Source of the DNA: Fistulifera solaris
Lineage: Eukaryota
DNA length: 64,000 nucleotides
Direction: 5' to 3'
Assembly: GCA_030295235.1 (NCBI GenBank)
Contig: AP026143.1
Coordinates: 186,001 to 250,000, forward strand
Shown here: piece by piece, positions 11,393 to 24,789 of the stretch
How positions within the stretch are numbered: the stretch's first letter is position 1
Layout of the letters: every line of letters starts with the position of its first letter
Program-made: the position numbers and the translations under genes
Notes under the pieces: generated by a model
Seen by the model: only the letters and a program-made list of their open reading frames with translations
What the model was told of the DNA's origin: nothing
The model's database searches: none

Positions 11393-12175
11393 ATGATAAA
11401 GATGAGAATACGGACAAGCATTCTTCTATTGCTGTCGTGTTTGGGGATTGACGGGTTTTCTTCTGTTTCAAAGTCAAGATCGACCTTTCCTGCACTCGGG
11501 TACAGTCGTCGAAATAACAAGAATGAACGTGAATTGGAATTCCCCGAACAATATCCGGCAACCTACGAACTCAATGACTACAAAACATGGAAAGATTTTG
11601 GTGACGCCGCCATTGTACGACCCTTGTTGAAACAGACTCAGCTGGAACGACGAAATTTGAAGGTGGCCTACGATGCGAATAAACAGGGTTGGAATGCCCA
11701 AGCCTTTCATCGGGCCGTGGATGGAGAAGGGGCTGCTGTCATTTTGGCCCGCGGTCGGCGGGTGGATGGTTGGGAGGATACAATCCCAAGGGCTGGTCGA
11801 GCAATGGAGGTGCTCGTCCGTCGGTGGCGGCCTTTTGTTTTACACCACTTCCACAGGAAAATGGCAAAAACTCCAAAAAGTCGGTGGCGGTGGATTGGCC
11901 TGTGCCAAAGATGATCCGAATACGGGTATTTGGTTGGGAGCGGATGGGTTGGTCATACCGTTGGCACAAAAACCGACGTTGTTTCCTACCAAGGAAGCGA
12001 AAATGGCACAATCCTTTTGGGTACCTACTTTGAACGGGGACCCGAACGGAAATTGAGTCTATTTCCCGATGGTTGTGTCATGGAGTTATCGGAATTGAAA
12101 GTACTGGTGGGGGTTTACGAACGAGGTGAAGAAATTCCGTATTCCGGTGCTGTGCTCGATTTCACTTCGGGTTGA
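11393..12175 (+). CDS. TLDc-domain protein, probably plastid-targeted (about 3 apparent frameshifts)
   Basis: Signal peptide ..LSCLGIDG-F. TLDc motifs AYDANKQGWNAQAFHRAVDG and GGYNPKGW..AAF, LFY..KLQKVGG, IWLGADGLVIP, LGTYFER are spread over four ORFs. Confidence 0.8.
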
Positions 12176-12239
12176 ATTTTATTGTGCCCGTTGACCCCGG
12201 CGAGACTTTACCCAATAGTCAAGATAGGAGATGAAATAA

Positions 12240-12945
12240 TCAATCTAGAGAGGCTCGCTGCGCTTGGCTTTCCGCAAACTATAAACTGCCAGACGCGAAT
12301 GGCAGCTCTCTACGGCGACAAACGGATTCTCTACCACTTGCTGCTCTAGTTTTTACGTAATAATACAGACTACAACATTAAGGGTGCTCGATTCATAAGA
12401 AGATCGGAAAGAAGAAGATCCGAGAGAGTGATGCCGTTGAATTATCATACAGTAGGCTCCTACTGACATTCTCCGTGAAACCATGGGCGTGGCGCGGAAA
12501 TGACTACAGGGAGTCTCTTCAAGAGCATTCCAAGTAGGCTATTCAAAAAATAACCTGGAAATACCTGGTCTCGTAAATAGAACGCTCTTAAAATCTTATG
12601 AATGACGAAGGAACTCCGGTCTTAGAGAGTCTCTACGGTTGTCGGGAATACCCTCGAGAATTATTAGCTTGGTGGATAGGCGCAGGAACGCATCATCAGC
12701 ACCGTCGTATCGGTTCGTCACGACTGTTTCGTCGGGGCACATTGTCTGCGGACAAATACTTGTAAGAAGAAAGCCTTCTTTACCATTGATGTTGATGCGG
12801 GGTTTATGCGATACGCGTCCTTGGATCCTTTTTTCTTCCTTTTGACGACGCGCGCCTCGATCGATTATTGCGCCGCCTCGCGCGACGAGATCGGGACTTA
12901 CGATGGGTCCCGTAACTTCGTATAGCTCGCAACAAGAAAAATATT
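12240..12945 (-). ncRNA. Putative structured non-coding RNA, family unassigned
   Basis: No ORF over 70 aa. About 10 nested or adjacent helices (see findings). Several pairs are G-U on the minus strand but A-C on the plus strand. Confidence 0.45.
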
Positions 12946-13095
12946 AATGCAAAATATTTACTATTTCCTGCGGAGGACGAGTTATTTTTTAGTGAGAACA
13001 TAATCCGTAAATAAATTCATGACACTTCATCGTTAACAAAAGCCCATTCGTGCTGGGGGAAACAAAAACTCAGCGCGCCGACGCAAGTAGGGAGA

Positions 13096-14564
13096 ATGAG
13101 GCGACCGAGTTCCGTTTTGCGCTTCTGTTTCTCCTTCCTGTTGCTGCTGTGGTTGTTCAGTGTGTATTTACAACATGAAACAGTCGTAAGACAGTATGAA
13201 CAAAATACTCATTCCTTTGTGGTGAAGAGTCCACAACAACAAAATCAACCACCTCAGGAAGAAACGGAAGCGACGACATTGAACGGCATCCCCGTCTCGT
13301 TTCGTCCTGTCACAGAATCCAGCACCATTCAATGCACTGGAGAATCGGATGATTGGAGATTCCGGAGTTGTCATTACACCCACCTTTGTTTGGATACTGA
13401 ACAACACGATTTTGTTTTAATTTATGAAACGGATGCTCAATACCAACAATTACTGGAATCGAGAAATTCCAGTACGGTAGCCATCGGAGGCATCAATCCA
13501 CGATGGGATATTCGTTCGCCGGGAGACAATCCTGCCATAAAAGGAAGTGACAAAGTGGCTTGGTTTCCCCGCCTCGTCCGAGCGGAGACCGGAGTGTATC
13601 AACTGCCGTCTGCGGTGGTACTTGTACCCTTTCATTCCATGGCGGCCCACAATGTCGGACACATGTTATGGGATGATCTGTATCCCATTTACCGACTGTT
13701 ACAGACGTTTGACTTGCTCCACTTACAATTGTTGTTACTGCGCTACCAATTGCCCGAGGCGTTGTATGCCTCGTGTGACATTCGTCGCAACAAACGGCTC
13801 GGTTGTCACGCGAATTTCCAAACGTTTTTGCGACCCATGATGGGGGTCGATCCTACGACCTTTTCCACGACGCGGTCCATTCAATGGACTACCGGCCAAC
13901 AACAACGATCGCCCCTCATTTGTGCCGCGAACGGAGTGGCCGGGATCGGCACACTCACTGATCATGGATTGCAAGATCATGGTTGGGATTATTTGGGACA
14001 TGGCGTACCGCACAATTTCGGTCATGCCCGCGATTTCTGGGAGTTTGGTCGGTGGGCGTTCCAACATGCCTTGGGTCCGGCCGTGCTTACGGCAAAAGTC
14101 CCCAAAATTGTGTTTTCGTTAGAATCCTCCAAAGATTGGGATCGACGCTTGGACTTTGTACCCTATCGTGAAGCACTGCAGGCCGCACTGGGGGACTTAC
14201 CAATAGAAGCCCATCGTTTCTGGGAACTCTCAGTCGAACAACAACTGCAGCTGACGGCGTCGACGACCATACTCATTGCGACGTGTGGTGGTGGAGGAGT
14301 CTTACCGGTGACCTTCCTTCCGCGAGGGTCGTCCATGATCGTATTTTACAATCCGGCCGGAGGATACGATTATGCTACGGGAGAAAAGCGCCCGGATTGG
14401 CCGGTCCGATTGGATTGGGATTTGTTGCAACACGCGGCGGCGCACGTGAAGGTGCATTGGTTCCCCATCCGCGTGGCCGACAATCAACTTGGTCCCGTTC
14501 CGGACGAAGATCTTGATCTTTTGTCAAGTTGATTCGCCATGAACTCAAATCGTGGAACATATGA
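13096..14564 (+). CDS. Glycosyltransferase family 61-like type-II membrane protein (probable terminal frameshift ~14520)
   Basis: N-terminal TM anchor; HNVGHMLWDDLYP; LSVEQQLQL..TTILIATCGGG..FLPRGSSMIVF, resembling the GT61 C-terminal motif. The shifted tail reads FVKLIRHELKSWNI*. Confidence 0.7.
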
Positions 14565-14569
14565 TATCA

Positions 14570-16994
14570 TTATCTATCATACGCATAGTGATGTTGTAAT
14601 TGTACATATGAGTGAGCTAAGACTAAGTTAATTCGTCCTCGCGCTAGTTGAACATTTTTCGACCCTTCTTTCGCCCTTCGAAATTGCTCTACCACAGATT
14701 GGACAGCCTCGGGAGAAAAATCGAGTCGTTTCTTCATCGTTCGAAACAAACTTTCGGGCAATAGAACAGATGTCGATTGATAAGCCTGCCAATCCGCGGG
14801 TTTCTCGAGTTGCAAAGCAAACACAATCTGTGACAGAGGTTCCCAGACCTGGAATAAGTTGGCACTCATGGCACCTTCACCCGAGGGCTGCGTGACATTG
14901 GTCACAAATGACTGAATCATTCGGAATTGCTTTGAGAGCAAAAGAGAACCGCAGTCCGTGAACATCGATTCACACTCCCAAATGCACTCGCTCAACAATT
15001 CGACCAGCGTTGTAGATAGTTGCTCCGCTAGCAGAGGGAGGACATCCGCATCGCATTTGTTCCCCATACTTTTCAAAAAAACCGATTCCTTCAAGGGACC
15101 TAGAAAATCACGTTCCAGTCGATCGTCGGATTCCGATTGCGCAAACGAGACGGGATCGAGTTGGTAATTCTCGTGTTCCAAAAAAAAAGCGTAAATGATT
15201 CAATGCCTTTCCACGAAAGTTAGGTGGACAGGCGTCCTCGTGCTTCCCACTGCCACACCAACTGACAATCGATTCCGCAATTTTCGTCTTCAAAGTGGCA
15301 CGGTACCCTTGTTCGAATCGAAATAGCTCTTCTCTTGCCAGATGAATCATTGTCGTGGATTTGTCCTTTTCGGACGCAGAAAGGAATGAGAATTCATCTT
15401 CTGACAACAAAGAATCCAAAAACGCCACCAGATTCCGACAAGATACGGACGCCGCCAAAAGACCGTTCAATACACAAAATTCCATATCCAGCTGCATCAA
15501 CTGCACGTTCTCATCCAACGACGATACAATCGAGCTCAAAAAGCTGCCAGAACTGGGGGCTTTGGGAGTCGGTGGACCCGCTTTGGCAATGTCATCATCC
15601 AGAGCTTCTAACAACGCCGATGCAAATCCACTATTGGGACTTTTTTCCAGGCTGATTTTGTCGGCCTCGTTGTCATCCTCTTCCTTCTTCTTTTTTGGAC
15701 TACTCCAACACCCCCGTTGTTCCAACAACGCTTGGTGCACACCCGACACCATTTCCAGGGACCAGACATCGTGCGTCACCGCATGCGCCACCGTACCAAT
15801 GGCGGACAACGATCGGGTCGATGCAGCTCGTTCCAACGCCCGTGTACTCAAATACTGCGCATCTTCGACGACCGACGGAACGTTGACTTCGGTTCCCAAT
15901 ACAATCGCGACGGGTGTGGCATGTTGCAACGCCGATTGCCATTGCCGGACCGCCCAAATCCGTTCCAGTGTCGCATATTTCCAATTCCATTCCGGTAACA
16001 ATTCATTTTGTGAAATCGTCTTTGAAGTAGCCTCAAAGGGCATCATTAATTGCTCGTACCGCGCCAACAGTTGACAAATGAACGCCATTTCATCCACCAA
16101 AGCATCCAGTCGACTCAATTCCTGTAAATCTACTTCTTTATCATTGTTATCATTCTTCATCCATTCCTCCATGGGTCGATCTTGCCCAAACCACTCCGAG
16201 ATCCGTTGCACCAATTGTTGCGTTTGTTCATCGAGCACCGTAATGGCCGTGTGACACAATGTTCGTATCTGTGTGACTATGGCGGGTTCGTCTTCTACCG
16301 AAGGCAGACTGAAATGCCATTGCAGAAGCGGATGAATCAAGGCGGACGCTTCTCCGAGTATTTCCATCAACACGGGGGCATGATGTTGTTGAATACGCGT
16401 GGGTGGTTTCTTCGTTTCGACTTCATCGTCATGTTCATCGTCGTCGTCGTCGTCGTCGTGCACTTGCACATTCTCTTCTACCGAAGACGCATGGATGGTG
16501 CCATCCTTCCGCGCTTCCACCAACGTGGCAATCGCCGGTCGCACACGGAGTCGCAATACTTGTTTTTGATACGCGGCGTAACCCTCTATGATTTCTTCGG
16601 CCGTCTTCCCATCATTCCTCTTTGCGGAAAACGACAACAGCAGCAATAAGTTCAATTCGGTCAAACGAGCAATCGCTCCTTGTCCCTCCCGTCGTACAAC
16701 GGCCGTTTCTTGGTCACCGATCGTTGGTTCTTCCCATTGCCACGCGGCTTGCAATGTGTGTTGCGCCACTGTTATCACGCGGTGTTGACAATGATGATAA
16801 AGATCGTGCTGTTCTTGTGTATATTGTGTCATAGTTTGTAATGTGTGATGCAAACGTTCGATCGCCACCGTCCATTCCATTAAATCCTCCAGAGAGACAA
16901 TCTCACTCGTCGACGCGCGCCGCAATTCTTCCGTTTCCATCAACACCGCAGCGACTTGCGTCGAGAACTCTTCGTGAGATGATGATTCTTCCAT
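14570..16994 (-). CDS. COG4: Conserved oligomeric Golgi complex subunit 4 (frameshift at 15180-15188)
   Basis: Helical protein. SVVEDAQYLSTRALERAAST and C-terminal FTDCGSLLLSKQFR..LSQIVFALQLE..KRLDFSPEAV match the COG4 pattern. Confidence 0.75.
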
Positions 16995-17341
16995 CGTAAT
17001 AAGCTGCTAGTATCATTCTGATGAATGAATCGATGGTAGAAATGCTATCATGAGAAGTAAAAAGGATCATGGTCATTACCAGTATCGTCGCGACGAGAGG
17101 CGTGTTATTGCACACCTGTCATTCCCGTGTTATCATTCACGAGACGATGGCGTCGAACACGTGATTCGAACATACGGGACACACAATATTAGACGTCTTT
17201 CCGTCACTCCGGTGAGAACTTCGCTTTTATTTCTCGATGCAAAAAAAAAAAAACGAAACGCAACACGCACATTCCATTTGATAATACAAGAAGAAAGATC
17301 TGTTCCTTTTCATTCTTTTCCAGCCTTTCTATTTTATTATC

Positions 17342-18608
17342 ATGTTATCAACAGTAGTGAAAGGGAATCGTAGCATTGTGCGGGCAGCAACCTCACGTTG
17401 TTTCTCGACGGGTCCAGCGGTCTTTGATCTCAGTGGCTCCTTTCAGGTAGGCGTCCCTCGAGTGGTTTCTACCGTCTCATTCTTTCCTTCACTCACTCTC
17501 TGCGCTGTAGACCCACAATTTAGAAACGGCCCCGAACGAAACGACCGAATGCACGAAAGACGAATTATGGAACATGTTTGAATTGATGTACACGATGCGG
17601 CGCATGGAAATTACTTGTGACAATGAATACAAGGCCCGGAACATTCGCGGCTTTTGTCACTTGTACGATGGTCAAGAAGCCGTCGCGACCGGGATTTTAC
17701 AAGCTTTGGATGAAAAAGATAGTTACATTACCAGTTATCGTTGTCATTGCATTGCCCTCGCGCGGGGTGGCAGTGTCAAACAAGTCGTCGCCGAATTGTT
17801 TGGTTTCGAAGAGGGCATGACGAAAGGCAAAGGTGGTTCGATGCATTTTTACAACAAGAAAAACAATTTTTACGGCGGACAAGGGATTGTCGGAGCCCAA
17901 GTTCCGGTCGGGGCCGGTTTGGCGTTCGCCAACAAGTACAACACACCGCCCGGCGAACGCATGCCCGTCGCGATTGGCTGTTACGGCGACGGCGCCGCCA
18001 ATCAAGGACAAATTTGGGAAGCGGCCAATATGGCATCGCTGTGGAAATTGCCCATGATCTTTTGTATTGAAAACAATCAATACGGGATGGGCACATCGAT
18101 TGATCGACATTCCAGTCACTCCGATTATTACAAAATGGGAAATCACATTCCGGGAGTCCGCATCGATGGCATGAATGTTTTGGCGGTCCGGGAAGGCATG
18201 CGCTTTGTCAAGGACCATTGTGCGTCCGGACAAGGACCCATGTACGTCGAAATGATGACGTACCGTTACCACGGACACAGCATGTCCGATCCCGGCACGA
18301 CGTACCGCAATCGCGAAGAAATTGCGTTCACTCGCAGTACTCGCGATCCCCTCGAATTCGTCAAGAAATGTTTGGTCGATGCCGAATTTGCGACACCGGA
18401 CGAATTGAAAGAAGCGGAAAAACGCATCCGCAAAGATGTTCAACAACAAGTCATGGAAGCCAAGGAATCGGCGAAACCCTCCATGGATTCCTTGTTTGAA
18501 GATATTTTTGCCAAGGATTTGGTGTCCCGCAGTGGATCAGAATTCCCGCCCCACATTCGTATGCCAGATTATGCCAAATCGTTTTGGATCGATGGGAAAC
18601 CGGAATAA
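17342..18608 (+). CDS. PDHA1: Pyruvate dehydrogenase E1 alpha subunit, mitochondrial (2 exons)
   Basis: Mitochondrial presequence; intron 17447-17510 joins in frame; IRGFCHLYDGQEA, GKGGSMH, YGDGAANQGQ, TYRYHGHSMSDPG. Confidence 0.97.
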
Positions 18609-18824
18609 TAAGAAGAGAGTACAGAGTAGTCGTTGTTGTTGTGAGATGTGAAGCATGGACAGGAAAGAATATAGCAAGATCTGTTTAAGCTACTCCGTAT
18701 TACAGTACGTAGTAGTTGCTTTCGTACATCTATACAAATGCAATGAATGTTTACAATTCGTTCTCCATGGTTCCCGCGTGTGACATGGACCTCACAACGC
18801 GTTCCAAAAGACACGTAGAAACAA

Positions 18825-20306
18825 CTACCACCCTTCAAACATCCCCTTGCCGATACTACTCGGTTCAGTGGCGTTTTCCGGCTCATCGTCCTTCACAACC
18901 GCAGGTGGTAGTTCCAATCCCCATTCTTCCATTGTTTGCAAAGCCACACGTGCTCTTTCTTTGCTTTCTTCTTCTTTTTCTTCGTCGTCGTCGTCTCTTT
19001 CTATTGTGACCGTACGATCTTCCAACATGACCGGTCGTTGTCCCGGTTCTTCGGCAGATACAGGTGCGACTTGCAAACACACCAATCCCCAGCGTCCCGC
19101 ACGAAAGTCTTGTAATATTTTCCGCGCCGCATCTTCTGGATTCCCTTGACAAGTGTTATCGGCCACCGCCCACAACATATCTTCTCCCGTTCCTACGGTG
19201 AGAGGATCGAATTTATACCGTTTCCGACAAATGTCCCGCCATTCCGGTGCGGCTTCGGGATATTGTTGATACAAGGCCATGAGCCATGTACACAAGTACG
19301 CGGCAATGGCTTGATTGTCGTATGCGGCGGTTCCAATGCAATTGCAGGCCGCCAAGAGTTGTGCATCGGATTGATCGGGTAAAGTGGCGGGTATGACACC
19401 GGGACTGTCCAGTAATTCAAACGAATCGCCTTTATTGCTACTAATCGTTTCCGTACTACTGACACGAATCCATTGCAGAGCCCGAGTGACACCCGGTGTG
19501 TTGGCAGTCTTGGCACGACGTTTTCCCAACAATCGATTGATGAGAGCTGCAGGAATAAGTTGTGCATCAGATGCTTCCTATTGATGTCCATTTTTTTATC
19601 ACGACAAACACGTACCTGATTTGCCGACATTGGGAAATCCAATGACTCCTACCCGCAAAGCTCTTGGCTTCAACCCTCTTCGTTCTCGCCGTTCTTGGAC
19701 GTGTGCTCCAGCTTTCAATATAGCACGCACCAAGCCGTGAATCCCTTCACCGGTCTTGCCATTGACAAACATGGCCATGTATATATCGTCCTCCTTATTG
19801 TTGTTGCTGTTCTTTATTGTATATTTTTGTCGTTCCTTCCGTGCTTGTACGGCTTGGTGTTGAATTTGTTTGTCCATAATACTTTGGGACGTCACGTCTC
19901 CTAGTTTGAGATACGCCTGTTGCCACGCCTTACGACTCGACGCCGGAATTTGATCTCCGTGCGTCCAAACGACCATGCGAGGTTTCCCGGCCGACCATTT
20001 GGCGACGGAAGGATGCGCCGTTGCTTTGGCCGCCCGGGCGTCGCGGACTTCGACGACGACATCGACCGCTTTGAAGGTTTCTTGTAGTTGCCGTTCGGCT
20101 TTGGCAATGTGACCCGGATACCATTGCACGACGGGACGGGCGTATCCTGCTTCGTCATTGTCTGGAGAGTACTGTGCGGATAGATCGACGGATCGCGTAT
20201 ATTGCCTGCATAGGAGAGGTGATATTCGCTGGAAGGATCGACAACATCGGGGCAAGGAAAGGAAAACAGCACAAATCATGATGAATGGGGAACGTAAAGA
20301 GGTCAT
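18825..20306 (-). CDS. rbgA: RbgA/YlqF-type circularly permuted ribosome-biogenesis GTPase, organellar (2 exons)
   Basis: QWYPGHIAKA, DVVVEVRDAR, GFPNVGKS|ALINRL across intron 19615-19547, PGVTR, LLDSPG. Bipartite presequence ..CCRS-F. Confidence 0.9.
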
Positions 20307-20754
20307 TTCATTCAACAAGAACACTTCGTTTCTCGAATGGGGAATGTGTGTTCTCCCTCTCGTATTTGGTGATGTGCGAAAAGTCGGCTTGTTTATTGTT
20401 GATTGTATGGTCAAGCACTCGTTTATTTATTTTGTTGTTGCGAAAAGAAAACAAAAATATTTTGCGATGATGATGGTGTTTCGATCGCAGAGACTGAAGA
20501 AGCGTGTCAGATGGACAGACGTGTCACAAAACTACATTACTGTATAAGACGTAGGCAAGACGGTACAGTTTTGACTACTCAACAATTTGACGGCACTTAA
20601 TGACTATAAGCGAAATATTTTATTTTTTTTATAAAAAAAAAATCAGTTCGTACTGGTACTAACAGGGTTCGAAAGTTCAAGGCGTGCGTCGTTGTTGTAA
20701 AGAAGAGACCGACGATCGAGAGCAATAATTCAATAACTCTAGCCCAACAAGCCA

Positions 20755-22418
20755 ATGACACAAAGAATGAACGCTCTGGAACGCATTCCCGAGGAGCAGA
20801 TATCGCCACGACAAAGGGCACTCCTCCCTGAACGGTTGGCCCTGTACAGATTGATACGGGAACAGGTGACTCGTCTCGACGAGATTGAGTGGCATGCCTA
20901 CGGCACCTTTGCGATTTGGCTCGACAATCATACGATCATTCGTGTTTCTCGCAACGCCTCGCACGATGAAAAATATCCGTGTTTTCTTCTCTATTCCCCG
21001 TGTCTCGAGTGTGTCGTGTTGGGCGAACACGAAGCCGACATATTGGAGACAGTCACATTTTTATGGTCTCTCCGCGGTTCAAGAAGTATTCATCTCGCTC
21101 TCTTCGAAGATAATACGTTTGATTTTTCTTCCCTACAACCGAAACAAGCTCGCGCGCATCTTGAATGCCCATACGGAGATTTCTTTGGAAAAGGTGCTTG
21201 GAATGCACAGCAATCCATCGTCCTGGCATCCAGACCCCATCCTTTGCAGTTGCACTTTGCCACTGAAGCTTTTGATGACGTTGGCTTTGCTTTTGACGAC
21301 GGCGGGACCGCTTTTGTTCGTGAGCTAGAGAATCGACAGTCTTCCTTCGGTTCTCTTGGTTTAAGATCTTTTCAGATTAAATGTCCTTTCAGCCGCAACA
21401 GCTTCGAGCGCCTCTTGAACCTCGAACTATTTGAAAAGCTGGAAATAGGCGTTCTCTGTAGGAAGTTAGCCAAACTTCCGTTCACCGCTAAATCAAAGAC
21501 TTTGGTGTATCAAGTCAGCTCCAAGACAATGAAGCCGAGTGATTTTGATGCCCTCGATATCAAACTCAAAAGTCTGGAACAAACATTTTATTTGTATGAT
21601 GAGGATTGGGCTGAGCTTCCGATGGCTTTCTTGGACCGAACGGTCCCGTTGGGCAACTTGGAGCAACTGACACTTCGCATCGTCAATCGACAGCGGCTTC
21701 CCTTTCAATTCAGCAAAGTTGTAGACGTTGCCAGGGCATTATGTCGCGCCATTCACGCCAATCCAACTTGAAGTACTTGAACTTGGGAGTTCCCCAATAC
21801 GAACATCCCAGCAACTGCATCGATTGGTCTTCCCAGATACCAAAACTTTTCCCAGTGATGGCTGTGCACCAGGAACTCCGAACGGTAGTCCTAGAGCACT
21901 ATTCGCCGACGACGGAAGACTACTCCCATCTGGAACAGTTGCTTTCGTGTAACCGGAACATTACAGTCCTGGATCGTTTTGGCAACAAAATTTCAAATCG
22001 AGCAGGAATCGACAAAGTGTATGCGCTGAACGGCTTCTTCACAGGGTCGGCTGGGCTTGTGAAAGAGTCTACGCTTGTACGAGCATCGCTTGTTGGGACG
22101 ACGTTGGTCGAAAGCGCATCCAACAATGTCCAATACACTGCGCTGCTGTTGTCAGACCATGCAGATGTGCTCTGCGCTTTCATTCAAAATCTTCTTCAAG
22201 ATGACCTTGATGCTTCGCAGTCTATGTTGGAAGCGGCAGAGTCAAAATTGCCTGTCACAAAAAAAGTTGCGTCGAGAATAAGAAGTCACCCTTTCGATTA
22301 CTACTTCAATCGCAATACAAGAACTCAACTTTTCAATCTCTTTTTTATGTTCAATAGTCATAATCTCAACTGTAATCAACTCTCCATACGCCTTCGGAAA
22401 TTTGCCATAGCATTCTAG
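20755..22418 (+). CDS. Hypothetical RNI/LRR-like protein (frameshift ~21765; 3' end uncertain)
   Basis: Two abutting ORFs join as ..RAIHANP-NLKYLNL... Motifs FDDGGTAFV and QYTALLLSDH resemble an expanded pennate-diatom family (from memory, not searched). Confidence 0.65.
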
Positions 22419-22519
22419 GGCGGTTTTGATCGTGTGCGATGCGTATACCGTTTTCCAACCGTCACATTAATTTCGATCGCTTGTTATTCTTGACTGTACC
22501 GAAGTTGATTTTGCTTCGA

Positions 22520-24382
22520 TTAGCGAATGGACGACCGCGCCTTGACAATTTCCTTGCGAAAATTGCCGGGCAAATCCGAATTGACATACGAGACATTGCC
22601 CTGTTCGACCAACCAATGGAAAGTCTCCCAATCGTCGGGATCTTTTCCCGAATAACCCCAAACTCCCACCGCATAGCGTTGACTCAAATCATGCAACGCG
22701 GACGCTCCCGCGGTCGTTTTCATTTCTTTTGAAATTGCAAGTACACACCATCCAAGGAACCATGGTCCGATTGGAGCCATCCGGCGATGGGTGACAAGTC
22801 CTCCACGCTAACACACAGTTCACACGGCTTTTTTTGGTTCGGATGCAACGGTCAATAACATTAATTTGGGAATGGTGCGCAACCGTCGAGGGGGTTGTTG
22901 CGGATTGGATGGCTCGGAAAAGGCACCGTTCTCGTCGGGATGAGCGTCGGGTAGCGTCAGATGACTCAAGTTGGTATGACTCAAGCTCAATCCGACGGCC
23001 GCATAATCCAAATTACCAAACGAAAGAGAATGGTGATGACTGTGACTCGGAGGACGGGGCGGTAGTTGCGGAGGCGACGCATTCGGTGAAGAACAGCGCG
23101 GTGTAAAGGCGTAGGGTGGTGTCATGGTCCCAAAGTGATCGTACGTGACGGTACTTTGAAAGCTCATGGTACTCCGGTGCGTCGGAACGTGGATGGATTC
23201 GGCCACTTGATACGCCGTGAATTCCGCTCGCAGCCGATGCATCGTGTAGGCATCAAAACTCATGACCATTTCGACACAACTACAGAGTTCCGGATGCCGC
23301 CACAACAAGCGTGCCAATGCCGAAGCGGCTTCACAATTGCCCGGTTTAATTTCAATAATGAGTTTGGATGTTTCCGAAATCGCGTGTGCCGACCGGAGTA
23401 CATCAATCAACAAAGGACAACGCAGTCCCGACTTTAAGGGCAAGGAGATCAATTCCTTAAAGGTCAAATCTTGCACCCGCCGCGACGAGTATTCCGATTT
23501 TGAATCCAACGCGAGACGTTGAAAGTCTTCATCATGCGCCAAAACCAATTTCTCGTCTTTCGTCAAGGCCACATCACATTCACACAGATGAATGCCCGAC
23601 GTCCACGCCAATTCGTACGCCGCGAGCGAATTTTCGAGCGGCCGTTTGTCGTTGCGATCTTGAATGTGATGAAAGCCCCGATGAGCCACGAGTCGCCCAA
23701 TTTTGGAGGCCGGAATCGTCGACACCAATCGTCGCAACCAATCCAATTCGTGCATTCGACTTTCGACTTGAATGTCGTGTCCGGCTTCGGAATCCATCCG
23801 CGAGAGTGGCAGAAAGTGCGGTTCGTCTTCCGCATCGTCATCATCCGCCGTCTGATGAATCAAGGTTCGCATGAGTTGAATACTGCCCTCCAACATGGCT
23901 TGACACGAAAACACGTGCGAGGCATACAAGATGGGCAGCAGTGTAGTAGACAGTGCGGCATCAGGATGATGTTTATCGAATTTCTTGACCAATTTGCGCA
24001 AGGATTCAAAATTGGTCGAAGCAGCCGTATGCAGGACGGTCATTCGCGTCCGTAATTCCGTCGCCGCGGCACTGCCGGCGATGTCCAAATAATGCTGCAA
24101 GGCCGTCCCCGGGGGTGCGCCCCGGGCGGCCGCCATGTCGTGCGTCGCCACAAACACGCGTTGCCATACTTCCTGCAGCGCTTCTTGTAAATCCAGAGAA
24201 GCTTCGCGCAAAGCATCCTGCCATTGTTTCGAAAATTCAATACGCTTAACGGCAATGTCGTCGTCGTGCGCCTGAAACAAAAAAGCTTTCAAATCATTGT
24301 AATGCACCAAATACAATTGTTCCGCATTCCCGGCATTCAGACTCGCCCGCACGGCCTTCGAGTGTCCTCCAAAATTGACCAT
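22520..24382 (-). CDS. SPX-domain glycerophosphodiester phosphodiesterase (Gde1-like); two frameshifts (~22830, ~22730)
   Basis: SPX motifs MVNFG..YNDLK and NFESLRKLVKKFDK. GDPD motifs VAHRG, ENSLAAY, ECDVALTKD..LAHD, IIEIK, MSFD and VGVWG..VNSDLP. Confidence 0.88.
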
Positions 24383-24789
24383 TCTATAGAAAGGCTTCTG
24401 ATGCGACGATGAAAAGCAGTCTAAGATAAGTGTGATGGGTCCGTGAAACGAAATGTCGGCCATGGTCGTGCTTTTTTTTTTCTCTCCTTTTTCGCTTCGG
24501 CGTCTTACACATTAACGGGGAGTGTCGCATGGAAGAGGACGTTTTAAAGAATAGTGACAGAGGTTAAAAGATGTACCGCTTAGAATGTATAGTTTGTGTT
24601 CTTTTGCCCTACTGGTTTTCATTTCCCGGCGAATGCGACGAGGACGAGGCGCGCTTTTTTTTTTTCGAAGAACAAAACCACAAAACGAAAACGGGTGAAG
24701 TCTTTTGTCTCCTTCCTTCCTAATAACAATCGATTCGTCTCATTCAAGAACAACAGCACATCCATAAACTCTGTGCAAGAAGAAAGATC

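Noticed and set aside
12240..12945. Telomerase RNA, RNase MRP, SRP, U17 or group I intron identity for the structured element
   Set aside because: No CCCTAA-type template on either strand (TAAACCCC lacks terminal redundancy). CGGGGCACATT resembles MRP CR-V but has no AGUCCCC partner. AAACCAT lacks m1 and the ACA box. No SRP helix-8 motif. GTAGAGACT lacks a properly spaced S element.
17697..18449. Long antisense ORFs over PDH E1 alpha (and likewise over oxoprolinase and H+-ATPase)
   Set aside because: Expected by-product of strong codon bias in conserved genes.
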